Under the pieces are notes generated by a model, which did not search any database, was not told where the DNA came from, and saw only the letters and a program-made list of their open reading frames with translations. Source: Gemmatimonadota bacterium (GTDB lineage: Bacteria; Gemmatimonadota; Gemmatimonadetes; Gemmatimonadales; GWC2-71-9). Taken from it: a DNA stretch of 62,314 nucleotides. The stretch covers positions 1-62,314 of the forward strand of contig JBGPDL010000006.1 of the NCBI GenBank assembly GCA_041482275.1, read 5' to 3'. Both the position numbers and the translations under genes were made by a program. Shown in pieces: positions 47,982-58,680 of this stretch. Position 1 is the first letter of the stretch; each line of letters begins with the position of its first letter.

Positions 47982-48965
47982 CTAGTTGCGGTACCCGTCC
48001 GGATGCGCCCGGTGCCAGGCCCATGCGGTCGCCAGGATCTCCTCGAGGCTCGAGTGGCGCGGCCGCCAGCCGAGCAGCCGCTCGGCACGCCCCAGAGCCG
48101 CGACCAGAAACGGCGGGTCTCCCGGGCGCCGGGGCCGAAGGGTCGTCGGGATGGCCCGCCCCGTCACCGCGCGCGCCGCCTCGACAACCGCGAGCACCGA
48201 TTGGCCCTCCCCGGTTCCCAGATTCAGCGCCACCGCGCCGTCGAGATTCGCGTCCAGCGCCCGCAGGTGGGCATCGGCTAGGTCCAGAATGTGGATATAG
48301 TCCCGGACTGCAGTGCCGTCGGGGGTCGGGTAGTCGGATCCGTACACCTCCACCGCCGCGGCGCGCTCCTGCGCCACGCGTAGGATGTTGGGGATCAAGT
48401 GGGTCTCGGGCTCGTGGTCTTCCCCGTAGCGCGCCGAAGCACCCGCGGCGTTGAAATAACGGAGGCTCACCGACGCGAGCCCGTGACTCTGCGCGTAACG
48501 GGCCAGCATGCCCTCGAACTCCACTTTGGTCTCGCCGTAGGGGTTCATCGGCGCAGGCGGCGTGTCCTCGCGGATGGGCTCTGCACCGCGGTGGCCGTAG
48601 ATCGTGCAGGACGAGGAAAAGATCACGCGCGGCACGCCCGCGGCGACTGTCGCGTCGAGCAGCACCCGACCGGCCGTAACGTTGTTGGCGCGGTACTTCG
48701 CCGGATCCACCACCGATTCGGCGACGAGCGCGAACGCCGCGAGGTGCATGAGGGCATCGATCCGTTGCCGGGCGAACAGCTGCTCAAGCACGCGGCGGTC
48801 ACCCACATTCCCCTGGATGAATGCGACGCCGGGCGCGATGGCCGCCCGATGGCCGGTGCTGAGATTGTCGAGCACCATGGGCGTATCGCCCCGGGCCAGG
48901 AGCTGCTCGACCACGACGCTGCCGATGTAGCCCGCCCCGCCGGTGACCAGGACGTTACGGCCCAT
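47982..48965 (-). CDS. galE: UDP-glucose 4-epimerase
   Basis: GGAGYIG, YGETK, LRYFN and DGTAVRDYIH. Confidence 0.95.
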   Translation of the reverse strand: MGRNVLVTGGAGYIGSVVVEQLLARGDTPMVLDNLSTGHRAAIAPGVAFIQGNVGDRRVLEQLFARQRIDALMHLAAFALVAESVVDPAKYRANNVTAGRVLLDATVAAGVPRVIFSSSCTIYGHRGAEPIREDTPPAPMNPYGETKVEFEGMLARYAQSHGLASVSLRYFNAAGASARYGEDHEPETHLIPNILRVAQERAAAVEVYGSDYPTPDGTAVRDYIHILDLADAHLRALDANLDGAVALNLGTGEGQSVLAVVEAARAVTGRAIPTTLRPRRPGDPPFLVAALGRAERLLGWRPRHSSLEEILATAWAWHRAHPDGYRN

Positions 48966-50217
48966 CCGGCCGCTCCAGGCGGAACAGCCGCTTGAGCGCC
49001 TCCACCAGGCCGTAGCCGCGGCCCGCCTGGGCCGCTTCCTTTACCGCGATGGTGGGCGGATGCAGGAACTTGTTGAGGAGGGCCTGACTGAAGTGCTCGA
49101 GCTCGCCGCGATCCTCCGGGCTGAGATGGGGCAGCCGTCGTAGCACCCGCTCGAGCTCGGCGGCCCGCACGCGGTCCATGCGGTCGCGGAACTCCTTCAG
49201 CACGGGGACGACCACCAGTCCGCCGTACCACGCCCAGAACCGCTCCACTTCTTCGCTCACGATATGCTCGGCCGCGGGAATGTCGCGGCGCCGCCCTGCC
49301 GCCGCCTGCGCTGCAACGGCCTGGAGGTCGTCCAAGTCGTAGAGGAAGACGTTCTCGAGCTGTGCCACCGCGGGTTCTACGTCGCGCGGCACGCCGAGGT
49401 CGAGGATGCACAGGGGGCGGCCGCCACGCCGGGCCACCGCCGGTGCCACGCGGTCCCAGGTCACGACGGCGTGCGGCGCGGCCGTGGAGCTGAGCACGAT
49501 GTCGGTATCGGCGAAGTGCTCCCACGCTTCATCGAGCGGCAGGGCGCGCGCGTGCAGCTCTTCCGCGATTGCCCGCGCCCGCTCGTAGGTGCGGTTCGCG
49601 ACGAGGGTCACGCGCACGCCCTCGGAGACGAGGCACGTAGCGGCGAGCTCCGCCATGTCGCCGGCGCCGAGGATCAGCGCCGAGCGGCCGGCGAGCGTGG
49701 TGAAAATCTTGGCGGCAACGGCGACCGCGGCGGACGGCGCGGATGCGGCGCCGGTCGCGAGTTCCGTCTCACTCCGGACCCGCGCACCCACGAGCAAGGC
49801 CGACTGGAACAGGCGGTGCAGCACGGGCCCCGCTTGCGCCTTCGACATCTCCCACGCTTCGCGTACCTGCCCCTGAATCTGCGACTCGCCCAGAATCATC
49901 GAGTCGAGCCCGGCCGACACGCGGTACAAGTGGCGCACGGCATCGCGATCACGCTGGGTGTAGCCGTATTCGACGGCGCTGCGGCCCCCGCCCAGTCGCT
50001 CCGACAGCAGGGTCCACACCGCCTCAGGCGCAGCGTCGTCGGGTTCGGCCAGGTAGAACTCCGTGCGGTTGCAGGTCGAGAGGAGCACCCCGCCGCGCAC
50101 ACCCACGCCCAGCACGCGCTCGAGCGCTACCGGCACTTCGCGGGGCGCATGCGCGAACCGCTCCCGCACCTCGAGCGGCGCGGTCCGGTGATTCACGCCC
50201 AGCACGGTGATGCTCAT
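48955..50217 (-). CDS. hemA: Glutamyl-tRNA reductase
   Basis: STCNRTE, GLDSMILGESQI and GAGDM. Confidence 0.96.
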   Translation of the reverse strand: MSITVLGVNHRTAPLEVRERFAHAPREVPVALERVLGVGVRGGVLLSTCNRTEFYLAEPDDAAPEAVWTLLSERLGGGRSAVEYGYTQRDRDAVRHLYRVSAGLDSMILGESQIQGQVREAWEMSKAQAGPVLHRLFQSALLVGARVRSETELATGAASAPSAAVAVAAKIFTTLAGRSALILGAGDMAELAATCLVSEGVRVTLVANRTYERARAIAEELHARALPLDEAWEHFADTDIVLSSTAAPHAVVTWDRVAPAVARRGGRPLCILDLGVPRDVEPAVAQLENVFLYDLDDLQAVAAQAAAGRRRDIPAAEHIVSEEVERFWAWYGGLVVVPVLKEFRDRMDRVRAAELERVLRRLPHLSPEDRGELEHFSQALLNKFLHPPTIAVKEAAQAGRGYGLVEALKRLFRLERPDGP

Positions 50218-50230
50218 GTCGATCGGCGGC

Positions 50231-51022
50231 TCAGAGAAAGCGTTGGGTACCGGGCGCCGTGAGCTTCAGCGCGAGGTACACCAGCAGCACCGCAGCGAAG
50301 CTCGCGATGCTTGCGAACGCCGCGCGCCGGCCAGCCCAGTGGCGGATCACCCGCACGCCCACCGCCCACCCGAGCACCAGCCACGTCAGCATCCCCCACA
50401 CCACTTGCGCCGCATCCACCGATGCGCCGCCGGCGTAGCGCACGCCGAAGCCGAGCAGCACACCAAGCGTCACCGTGGGGAAGCCCAACACGAGCGACAG
50501 GTGATTCAACTGGTCCAGCCGCTCGAGCGGCGGAAACAGGCGGAACACCTGACCAAAGCGCTTCGCCTTCAGCTCGCGGAACTGCAGCAGGTACAGTGCG
50601 GCGGCGATGAATGCCAACGCCAGCATGGCGAGCCCCAATACGCTGACGGTGATGTGCAGGATGGACCAGGGGCTCCGCTCCGACGGCGGCCCCGACTCGG
50701 GAGTGAGCCCAATCAGCAGCGCGAGTCCGATCAGGCCCGTTGCGACGGGACCCGTGAACACACCCACGGCCGAGGCTCGGAAGGCGCCTTCACTCACCAC
50801 CTGCAACAGCACCAGGAACAGCGCCAGCATAGAGAGGGTCGGCGCCACGCCAACGAACGGCGTCAACTGGGCAACCCCGGTCAGATGAGCGGCGATTCCG
50901 AGCAGCGGCACGCCGAGCGCGAGCACGCGGGGTGCTGCACGCAACCCGGCGAACGGGGCCACAACGAGCGCCGTGGCCACGGCGTACAGGCCGAGCGCGA
51001 TGAGATGAGGAACGAGAACCAC
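50231..51022 (-). CDS. CcsA/HemX-like cytochrome c assembly family membrane protein
   Basis: About eight TMs, W..LH, LYLLQ..LK and PPLERLD; directly upstream of hemA. Confidence 0.8.
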   Translation of the reverse strand: MVLVPHLIALGLYAVATALVVAPFAGLRAAPRVLALGVPLLGIAAHLTGVAQLTPFVGVAPTLSMLALFLVLLQVVSEGAFRASAVGVFTGPVATGLIGLALLIGLTPESGPPSERSPWSILHITVSVLGLAMLALAFIAAALYLLQFRELKAKRFGQVFRLFPPLERLDQLNHLSLVLGFPTVTLGVLLGFGVRYAGGASVDAAQVVWGMLTWLVLGWAVGVRVIRHWAGRRAAFASIASFAAVLLVYLALKLTAPGTQRFL

Positions 51023-51062
51023 CGGGCGCCAAGCGCCGGCCCCCTGCGGGGCCGGCGACCGA

Positions 51063-52355
51063 TCAGGACGGCATCTTCCGGATGAGCCGCACCGGCATGC
51101 CTGGAACGAGGGTCGGGTGATCGATGTTGAGGATCAACCCGGACGCCGAATGATCGCGCGTGTGCACGATCTCGAGCACGACCTGCACCTGCTCGGACGA
51201 TGAGCCCAGCACCCCCGATGCGGGTCGGAACACCTCGAACACGTCACCCGGGCTCACGCCCTCCGCACGACCGCGATTGATGAATACCACCTGCTGCAGG
51301 CTCGTCAGCACGTGGAGATCCCGCTCGGCGATCACCACCCCCTCCAGCCCTTGCTCGACCGGCGTGGGACGCACCTGCCCCGGATCCTTGAAAGGCTCGA
51401 GCGGCAAAGCGAGATGACCATCGTGAATGCGACCGAATTGCATGATGACCTCTGCGAACACCTGCCGGCGCTGCAGCTCCGTCACCCGCGCGACGCCCAG
51501 TGGCACCACGACGCCGCCCCATCCCGCAATCTCGCGGTCGATGCGCACAACCAGTAACGAGTCGCCTACGTGATACGACGCATTGCGCGGCGGCTGCACC
51601 GCGATCTGGTCGAACGTCGTCGCGCTCGAGCGGTCCGTGAGCCGGGGAACCGCCGGAACGGACGTATTGCCGAGCACTCGGCCGTACGGAAGGCGCTCTT
51701 CTTCGCTGAGGAAACCGGCCGCGTAGAATTCCCCGCGCCGCAGCGGATGGTACGGCTGATTGGCATAGGCCCGCAGCACGTCCCGCACTTCCTGCGTGGC
51801 GTTACGGCGCCGGTCGAACACGGTCTGATACCCTTCCGTAGGCTCGGGCGGCGGCGCCTCGACGACCTGGGCCGTGTCGAACATCGCGGTGGTGTCCGGC
51901 CCGACGGCGACCGCAGCGACGGTGTCCGGCGTGGTCGCCGCGTGCACCGTGTCACCCGTGACCTCCGTGGGCGGCGCCACCGCGGTGGTTTCCGGCGCCT
52001 GGGCGAGACTCACCGCAGGCGCCAGACTCAGCTCCTCCCCGGGGTAGATCCAATGGGGATCGTCGATGAGGGTGGTGTTCAGCCGGTAGATCTCGGGCCA
52101 GAGGAGGGGGTCGTTGTAATACAGCTGCGCGATCGACCAGAGCGTCTCCCCGGTCGCCACGACGTGCGTGGCGGGGAGTTGCCCCGGCGGGGCCGGCGCG
52201 GCCGCTTGCGACGTATCCGGCGCCGGCGCCGAGGTGTCCGTGCGGGCCTGCGTCGTGTCCTGCGCCGCGAGCGCGGGCGCCAGCCCCGCGAGCAGCCCTG
52301 CCACAAGGGCGAGCAGGGCTGTTCGTTCAGAACGGCAGATCGTCGTCCTCCTCAT
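51063..52355 (-). CDS. LysM peptidoglycan-binding domain protein
   Basis: Signal peptide (LAA|QD); HVV..GETLWSIA..YY..P.LWPEIY..N...I.DPHWIYPG. Confidence 0.9.
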   Translation of the reverse strand: MRRTTICRSERTALLALVAGLLAGLAPALAAQDTTQARTDTSAPAPDTSQAAAPAPPGQLPATHVVATGETLWSIAQLYYNDPLLWPEIYRLNTTLIDDPHWIYPGEELSLAPAVSLAQAPETTAVAPPTEVTGDTVHAATTPDTVAAVAVGPDTTAMFDTAQVVEAPPPEPTEGYQTVFDRRRNATQEVRDVLRAYANQPYHPLRRGEFYAAGFLSEEERLPYGRVLGNTSVPAVPRLTDRSSATTFDQIAVQPPRNASYHVGDSLLVVRIDREIAGWGGVVVPLGVARVTELQRRQVFAEVIMQFGRIHDGHLALPLEPFKDPGQVRPTPVEQGLEGVVIAERDLHVLTSLQQVVFINRGRAEGVSPGDVFEVFRPASGVLGSSSEQVQVVLEIVHTRDHSASGLILNIDHPTLVPGMPVRLIRKMPS

Positions 52356-52803
52356 CCAGCGCCTCCGGGAACGCGTCGAGCGACTCCGCCTTGCCCTCGG
52401 GCGCCACCTTGGCCGCGGTGTTGGCCCGCGCGAAATCGCCGGAGCCTTCGCCGCCTCCCCGAGACGACAAGAGGATCACCTCCCGCGCGATGATCTCGGT
52501 GGTGTACCGGGTCTGTTTCTCCCGATCTTCCCAAGTCCGGTACTCGACGCGCCCCTCGACGTAGATCCGGTCCCCTTTCTTCATGTACTTCTCGGCCAGA
52601 TCCGCCAGCTGGGCGCCCTTGTTATTCCAGCAAATCACGCGGTGCCACTCGGTCTTTTCCTGCTTCTCCCCACCCTGCCCCGTCCATTGCCGGCTGGTCG
52701 CCAACGAGACAGTGGCGACACGGGAACCATTGTTGGTGCTCCGCACCTCGGGATCGGCCCCCAAGTTCCCGATTAGCATGACTTTATTGAGGCTCCGGCT
52801 CAC
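52327..52803 (-). CDS. ssb: Single-stranded DNA-binding protein
   Basis: LNKVMLIGNLGADPE, TEWH and C-terminal DDDLPF; GGAGG SD before GTG 52803. Confidence 0.97.
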   Translation of the reverse strand: MSRSLNKVMLIGNLGADPEVRSTNNGSRVATVSLATSRQWTGQGGEKQEKTEWHRVICWNNKGAQLADLAEKYMKKGDRIYVEGRVEYRTWEDREKQTRYTTEIIAREVILLSSRGGGEGSGDFARANTAAKVAPEGKAESLDAFPEALDEEDDDLPF

Positions 52804-52849
52804 AGCAAACCTCCAGACGCTGGGCGGGTCTGGGACCAAGGGCGACAAC

Positions 52850-52878
52850 AGTATATGACCCGCAAGTTATTCTGTCAA
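52850..52878 (-). promoter_or_regulatory. Near-consensus sigma-70 promoter of ssb
   Basis: TTGACA-N17-TATACT. Confidence 0.85.
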
Positions 52879-52898
52879 TCAAAGATACGCCACTTGTG

Positions 52899-53369
52899 CT
52901 AAAGTTTTGCAGACACTCCCTCTGCTGGAATGGCAGCCCGGAGTACCACGGCGTCCTCCACCGGGCGCCTATAGTACGCCGTCCGCCGAGCCACCTCGGT
53001 GAACCCTAGGGACTGATACAACCGACGCGCGACGGCGTTCGACTCGCGCACTTCGAGGTACACGACGCGAACGCCCCGGCCGGCGAGCAGCGCCAGCACG
53101 CGCTGCACCAGCGCGCGTCCGACGCCGTGGTCACGATGCGCCGGTGCGACCCCGAGATTGAGGATCTCCCCCTCATCGGCAGCGCAGTGGGCGACGACGT
53201 ACCCGATCACGACGCCGCGCGCTTCGGCGACCAGGAACGGGACTTCCGGCGCCAGGCACTCCGAGAAGTCATTCGTCGACCAGGGATCGGAGAACACGAC
53301 CCGCTCGATGGCGGTGACGTCACCCACGTCAGCCGGCCGGGCGGGACGGATCGCGGAGCGGCCGGCCGT
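52899..53369 (-). CDS. rimI: Ribosomal protein S18 alanine N-acetyltransferase (start uncertain: ACG 53369 or ATG 53411)
   Basis: IE..F.DPW, EGEILNLGV, LEVRESN, LY..LGF and YY...EDA. Confidence 0.9.
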   Translation of the reverse strand, partial: TAGRSAIRPARPADVGDVTAIERVVFSDPWSTNDFSECLAPEVPFLVAEARGVVIGYVVAHCAADEGEILNLGVAPAHRDHGVGRALVQRVLALLAGRGVRVVYLEVRESNAVARRLYQSLGFTEVARRTAYYRRPVEDAVVLRAAIPAEGVSAKL

Positions 53370-54096
53370 GGCGCGCCTCCCATTGGGCCTGCGCTTCCGC
53401 AGGACGTCCATAGACGGGCTCGGCGGTGGCGGGAACGGCAATGCGGTGTACGGCGCCCTCGTAGCGCATCACCGCGAGCAGCCCGTCGGCGACTGTCGCA
53501 TGCGCCCCAGACTCGCCCTGCTCGTCGAGGGGCGGGCGACCCGTCCAGGCCTGGACCTCTTTCGAGAAGCGACGAGCGCCATCGCCAATCGCGGCGTCGG
53601 GCGGTAGCGGTGCGAGGTGCTGGAACTCGGCGATGGTCAGGACGGCGGGCGGGACGAGGGTCTCGAAGCTGTCACGCGTGAATCGATACAGCGCCCCGTA
53701 CACCTGCCCGCGCAGCGCGTCGTAGCAGGCCGCGATGGTGGCCGTGGGTCCGAGCCCAAGCTCGCTCCATGCGACCCATGCCAATCCCATCAGTGACGGC
53801 ACCGCGAACAGCGGAATCTCCCGTTCGTGGGCGAGCCCCTTGGCGGCCGCCCATCCGACCCGCAAGCCCGTGAAACTCCCGGGGCCGTCGCCGACAACGA
53901 TGCCGGCGAGCTCGTCGAGCGTTGTCCCAGCTTGCTTCAGCGTGTCGTCGATGACCGCCAGGATCCGGCTCGCCTGTTGTCTCGCCCCCCGGATGACATC
54001 CGAGGCGCGGATCTGGCGCGATCCCTCGCGACGGTGCGAGACGACGACACTCGCGACCTCGCTGGCGGTATCGATCGCCAACCACGCCTCTCTCAT
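53329..54096 (-). CDS. tsaB: tRNA threonylcarbamoyladenosine biosynthesis protein TsaB
   Basis: LAIDTAS, GPGSFTGLR and DALRGQVY; ATG 54096. Confidence 0.93.
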   Translation of the reverse strand: MREAWLAIDTASEVASVVVSHRREGSRQIRASDVIRGARQQASRILAVIDDTLKQAGTTLDELAGIVVGDGPGSFTGLRVGWAAAKGLAHEREIPLFAVPSLMGLAWVAWSELGLGPTATIAACYDALRGQVYGALYRFTRDSFETLVPPAVLTIAEFQHLAPLPPDAAIGDGARRFSKEVQAWTGRPPLDEQGESGAHATVADGLLAVMRYEGAVHRIAVPATAEPVYGRPAEAQAQWEARHGRPLRDPSRPAG

Positions 54097-54500
54097 GCGT
54101 CGTCCACGACGCGAAATTCCGGGTCCCGATCGTACGCAAGCCGGAGGTGGCAGGTCAGCGGCGGCGCCCACGGGCCCGCGCGCTCGGGCCACTCGATCAG
54201 CACGATCGCACCCTCGCGCACGATGTCGTCGAACCCGAGATCACGCGCTTCCGCAGGGGATCGGAGCCGGTAGCAGTCGACGTGATACACGCGGCGCCCG
54301 TCGGGCGTTTCGTGTTGATGCACGAGTGCGTACGTCGGGCTCGTGGCCAGCACCCGGGCGCCGAGTCCCCGGCAGATCGCCTGGACGAGGGTGGTCTTCC
54401 CGGTCCCGAGCTCACCGGAGAAACCGATCACGGCGGGCGACGCGAGGCCGCGCCCGAGTGCTTCACCGAACCGGCTGAGTTCGTCCGCGGACAGGCGCAT
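54093..54500 (-). CDS. tsaE: tRNA threonylcarbamoyladenosine biosynthesis ATPase TsaE
   Basis: [20 protein letters not shown] and IEWPE; ATG 54500. Confidence 0.93.
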   Translation of the reverse strand: MRLSADELSRFGEALGRGLASPAVIGFSGELGTGKTTLVQAICRGLGARVLATSPTYALVHQHETPDGRRVYHVDCYRLRSPAEARDLGFDDIVREGAIVLIEWPERAGPWAPPLTCHLRLAYDRDPEFRVVDDA

Positions 54501-56487
54501 GGCGTACGCTATCGCCTTCGGCCCGGAGGTCCAGGATCTGGTCGCGCAGCAGCGCGGCGAGCTCAAAGTCGAGCTCCTCGGCGGCGGCTTGCATCTGGCT
54601 CTCGAGTAGCTTGACGAGCGCGTCGCGCTCCCGGGCGTCGGCGGGCCGCCGGACGCCGGCGTCGGCGGGCTTGGCGGTCTTCGCATCGGCGAAGCGCGTC
54701 GCGAAGCGCACCTGGTCCACGGACTTGACGATCGAGCGCGGGGTGATGCCGTGCAGCTCGTTGTACTCGAGCTGCGCCTGCCGCCGGCGGCTCATCTCGT
54801 CCAGGGCGCGTTGCATCGAGCCCGTGACGCGGTCGGCGTAGAGGATCGCACGCCCATGGAGGTGGCGTGCCGCGCGACCAACGGTCTGGATCAGCGAGCG
54901 ATCGGAGCGCAGGAACCCCTCCTGGTCGGCGTCGAGGATCGCGACCAGGGAGACCTCAGGCAGATCGAGCCCTTCGCGTAACAGATTGATCCCCACGAGC
55001 ACGTCGAACTCCCCGAGCCGCAGGCCCCGAATGATCTCGACCCGTTCGATGGCGTCGATCTCGGAGTGGAGGTAGCGGACCCGGACCCCGTGCTGCTGGA
55101 GGTAGTCCGTCAAGTCCTCCGCCATGCGCTTCGTGAGCGTCGTCACCAGCACGCGCTCGTGCTTCTTCTCCCGCAGCCGGATCTCGTGCAGCAGGTCATC
55201 GACCTGGCCCTTCACCGGCCGCACCTCCACCGTCGGGTCGACGAGCCCGGTCGGCCGGATGATCTGCTCCACCACGACGCCGCCGGAAAGCCTGAGCTCC
55301 TCCTCGCCGGGCGTCGCGGACACGAACACGATGCGCGGCACAAGCCGCTTGAATTCGTCGATCCGGAGGGGTCGGTTGTCGAGGGCCGACGGCAGCCGGA
55401 AGCCGTAGTCCACGAGGGTCTGCTTGCGGGAGCGGTCTCCCTCGTACATGCCGCCGAGCTGCGGCAACGTCTGATGCGACTCGTCGATGATGCACAGGTA
55501 GTCGTCGGGCAGATAGTCGAGCAGGCAGGCTGGCCGCTCCCCCGCGGCGCGGCCGGTCAGGTGCCGCGAGTAGTTCTCGATTCCGGTGCAGCGGCCCACC
55601 TCGAGCAGCATATCGATGTCGAAGTGGGTACGGGACTCGAGGCGCTGCGCCTCAAGCAGCTTGTTCTGCGCCCTGAGCTCCGTCAGGCGCGCTGCGAGCT
55701 CGGCCCGAATCGCCGTGACCGCGCGCTCGATCGTGGGCTGCTCGGTGACGAAATGCGTCGCCGGATAGACCGCCGCCCGCGCTAGCTCGGTGATGGTGTC
55801 CCCGGTGACCGGGTCGATCTTCGCGATACGCTCCACCGTGTCGCCCCAGAATTCGATGCGCACGGCCTGCTCGTCGTAGGCGGGGAACACTTCGACGGTG
55901 TCCCCCCGCACCCGGAACGCACCGCGCTCGAACGCCGCGTCATTGCGCTGGTACTGCACGGCCACGAGCTCCGCGAGCAGCGCATCGCGCCCCCGTTCGT
56001 CGCCCACGGCCGCGGTGACGAGTCGCCGGCGGTACACCTCCGGGTCACCCAGGCCGTAGATGGCGGATACGCTCGCCACGATCACCACATCGTCACGCTC
56101 CATCAGACTCGACGTCGCGCGCAACCGCAGCCGGTCGATGTCGTCGTTGATGGAGGAGTCTTTCGCGATGTAGGTGTCGGTCTGGGGGACGTACGCCTCG
56201 GGCTGGTAGTAGTCGTAGTACGAGATGAAGAACTCGACCGCGCTCTTGGGAAAGAACCCCTTGAGCTCGCCGTACAGCTGGGCGGCGAGCGTCTTGTTGT
56301 GCGACAGGACGAGGGTGGGGCGGCCGAAGCCGGCGATGACGTGCGCCATGGTCATCGTCTTGCCGGAGCCGGTGACGCCGAGCAGCGTCTGATAGGGATC
56401 GCGGCGCGCGAGACCGGCCGCGAGCTCTCCGATGGCACGCGGCTGATCCCCCGCCGGCGCGAACGGAGACACCAGGTCAAACGGCAT
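54463..56487 (-). CDS. uvrB: Excinuclease ABC subunit B
   Basis: [32 protein letters not shown] and C-terminal UVR domain. Confidence 0.98.
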   Translation of the reverse strand: MPFDLVSPFAPAGDQPRAIGELAAGLARRDPYQTLLGVTGSGKTMTMAHVIAGFGRPTLVLSHNKTLAAQLYGELKGFFPKSAVEFFISYYDYYQPEAYVPQTDTYIAKDSSINDDIDRLRLRATSSLMERDDVVIVASVSAIYGLGDPEVYRRRLVTAAVGDERGRDALLAELVAVQYQRNDAAFERGAFRVRGDTVEVFPAYDEQAVRIEFWGDTVERIAKIDPVTGDTITELARAAVYPATHFVTEQPTIERAVTAIRAELAARLTELRAQNKLLEAQRLESRTHFDIDMLLEVGRCTGIENYSRHLTGRAAGERPACLLDYLPDDYLCIIDESHQTLPQLGGMYEGDRSRKQTLVDYGFRLPSALDNRPLRIDEFKRLVPRIVFVSATPGEEELRLSGGVVVEQIIRPTGLVDPTVEVRPVKGQVDDLLHEIRLREKKHERVLVTTLTKRMAEDLTDYLQQHGVRVRYLHSEIDAIERVEIIRGLRLGEFDVLVGINLLREGLDLPEVSLVAILDADQEGFLRSDRSLIQTVGRAARHLHGRAILYADRVTGSMQRALDEMSRRRQAQLEYNELHGITPRSIVKSVDQVRFATRFADAKTAKPADAGVRRPADARERDALVKLLESQMQAAAEELDFELAALLRDQILDLRAEGDSVRHAPVRGRTQPVR

Positions 56488-56496
56488 CAGGGAAAG

Positions 56497-58680
56497 TTAA
56501 CCGGCGACGGGCTGGGTCTGGGGGCCCGATTCGCGCCGCGACACTTCCATCACGCCCTTCACCCGGCGAATCGCCCGGATCACCTTGTTCAGGTGGGTCT
56601 GGTTCTCGACTTCCACGAGCACGGAGCCGAACACCGCCCCATCCCGGGTCGAGATCTCCGCCGAGCGGATGTTGGTGCCGGACTCGCTGATGGCGGTGCA
56701 GATGTCGGCGTACAGCCCGCGCCGGTCCTCGCCGCCCACGGCCAGCCGCACGACGAACGTCTCACCGTCGGACTCCTGCCAGTCGATCTCCATGCGACGT
56801 TCCGCCTCGGTCGAGAGGACGAGGAGGTTGGGGCAATCCGAACGGTGGATCGAAATGCCACGGCCCTGCGTGACGTATCCAACCACCGGGTCCCCCGGCA
56901 CCGGCTGACAGCACTGGGCATAGCGCACCATCAGCCCGTCCACGCCCTGGATCTTGATGCCGCGTCCGAGCCGCAGCCGCTCGATCACGCGGCCGAACGC
57001 GGTGGGCTTGGGGGCCTGGAGCTCGTCGGCCGGGAGATCGGGGTAGAGCGCCCGCATCATCGTCCCGAGCGCGATGTCGCCCCGTCCCAGCGCGGCTTGC
57101 AGCTGCTCCCCGGTGCCCACCGAGAGCGCCGCGGCGGCGGCCTCGAAGCGCACCGCGTCCGGGGGGTCGAGTCGCCGACGCCGCAGCTCGCGCGCCAGGA
57201 TCTCCCGTCCCAGCTCCAGGCTTTTGCCGTGCTCCTCCTGCCGGACCCATTGACGGATCTTGTGTCGGGCGCGCGCGGTCTGGACGTGTGCGAGCCAGTC
57301 GCGCGAGGGCTTGGCCTGCAGGCTGGTCATGACCTCCACCGTGTCGCCGTTCTTCAAGGGCCGGTGCAAAGGCGCGATGCGGCCGTTGATGCGTGCGCCC
57401 TGGCAGTGCTGGCCCACCTCGGTGTGCACGGCGAACGCCAGGTCGATCGGCGTGGCCCCCTTGGGCAGGCGCTTCACGTCGCCGCGCGGCGTGAACACGA
57501 AGATCTCGTCCTGATAGAGGTCGACCTTCAGGAACTCGAGGAACTCCTCCGGGGTGTGCGCGTCCTGCTGCAGCTCGAGCAGCTGGCGGAACCAGGCGAG
57601 GTGGCGGTCCAGCTCGTCGGGGCTCTTCCCTCCCTCCTTGAACAGCCAGTGGGCCGCGATGCCGTACTCCGCGGTGTGGTGCATTTCACGGGTGCGGATT
57701 TGGATTTCGTACAGCTGCCCGCTCGGTCCGAACACCGTCGTGTGCAGCGACTGGTAGCCGTTCGACTTGGGGCTCGCAATGTAGTCCTTGATGCGCTCCT
57801 GGAGCGGCGTCCACTTGTGGTGAATCACGCCAAGCACGTGGTAACACTCGGGGATGCTGTTCACGAGCACGCGGACCGCCAGCAGGTCGTAGATCTCCTC
57901 GAAGGGCTTGTCGCGCCTCTTCATTTTCTTGTAGATCGACCAGAGATTCTTCGGCCGTCCGGTGATCTCCGCCTCCGTAAGCCCCGCGCTCCGCAGCTCG
58001 ACCGCCAGCGGTCCGTGCAGTCGCTCGATGGTCCGCTCGCGCTCGACCTTTTTCGCACGCACCTTGCGCGCCAGCGCCCGATAGTCGTCCGGCTCGAGGA
58101 ACTTGAACGCCAGGTCCTCAAGCTCGGCCTTGACCCCCGCCATGCCGAAGCGGTGGGCGAGCGGGGCGTAGATCTCCCGGGTCTCGAGCGCAATGCGGCG
58201 CCGCTTCTCAGGGTCCAGATGCTCGAGCGTGCGCATGTTGTGCAGCCGGTCGGCGAGCTTGATGATGATGACCCGGGCGTCCTTCGCCACCGAGAGCAGC
58301 AGCTTGCGGTAGTTCTCCGCCTGCTCCTCGGCCGTGGACCGGAACGTGAGCGTCGAGAGCTTGGTGAGCCCGTCGACCAGCTCCGCCACTTCGGGACCGA
58401 AGGTCTTGCGGATGTCCTCGACCGAGACGTCTGAATCCTCCACCACGTCGTGCAGCAGCGCGGCCGCGATGGTGATCGAGTCCATCTGCTGCTCGGCGAG
58501 AATCGTCGCCACGGCCACCGAATGGGAGACGTAGTCGTCCCCCGATTGGCGCTTCTGGCCGCGATGCGCCTGGGCGCTCATCTGGTAGGCACGCGTCAGC
58601 AGGTCGAGGTCAAGCCGGTCGCGCTGCGACGCGACCGCCCGTGCCAGCTCGGGAGCGAGCAGCGCGGCCGTGCCCGTCAC
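56497..58680 (-). CDS. relA: Bifunctional (p)ppGpp synthetase/hydrolase
   Basis: HDVVED, KLADRLHNMRT, NGYQSLHT and EIQIRT, followed by TGS, CC and ACT domains. Confidence 0.96.
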   Translation of the reverse strand: MTGTAALLAPELARAVASQRDRLDLDLLTRAYQMSAQAHRGQKRQSGDDYVSHSVAVATILAEQQMDSITIAAALLHDVVEDSDVSVEDIRKTFGPEVAELVDGLTKLSTLTFRSTAEEQAENYRKLLLSVAKDARVIIIKLADRLHNMRTLEHLDPEKRRRIALETREIYAPLAHRFGMAGVKAELEDLAFKFLEPDDYRALARKVRAKKVERERTIERLHGPLAVELRSAGLTEAEITGRPKNLWSIYKKMKRRDKPFEEIYDLLAVRVLVNSIPECYHVLGVIHHKWTPLQERIKDYIASPKSNGYQSLHTTVFGPSGQLYEIQIRTREMHHTAEYGIAAHWLFKEGGKSPDELDRHLAWFRQLLELQQDAHTPEEFLEFLKVDLYQDEIFVFTPRGDVKRLPKGATPIDLAFAVHTEVGQHCQGARINGRIAPLHRPLKNGDTVEVMTSLQAKPSRDWLAHVQTARARHKIRQWVRQEEHGKSLELGREILARELRRRRLDPPDAVRFEAAAAALSVGTGEQLQAALGRGDIALGTMMRALYPDLPADELQAPKPTAFGRVIERLRLGRGIKIQGVDGLMVRYAQCCQPVPGDPVVGYVTQGRGISIHRSDCPNLLVLSTEAERRMEIDWQESDGETFVVRLAVGGEDRRGLYADICTAISESGTNIRSAEISTRDGAVFGSVLVEVENQTHLNKVIRAIRRVKGVMEVSRRESGPQTQPVAG

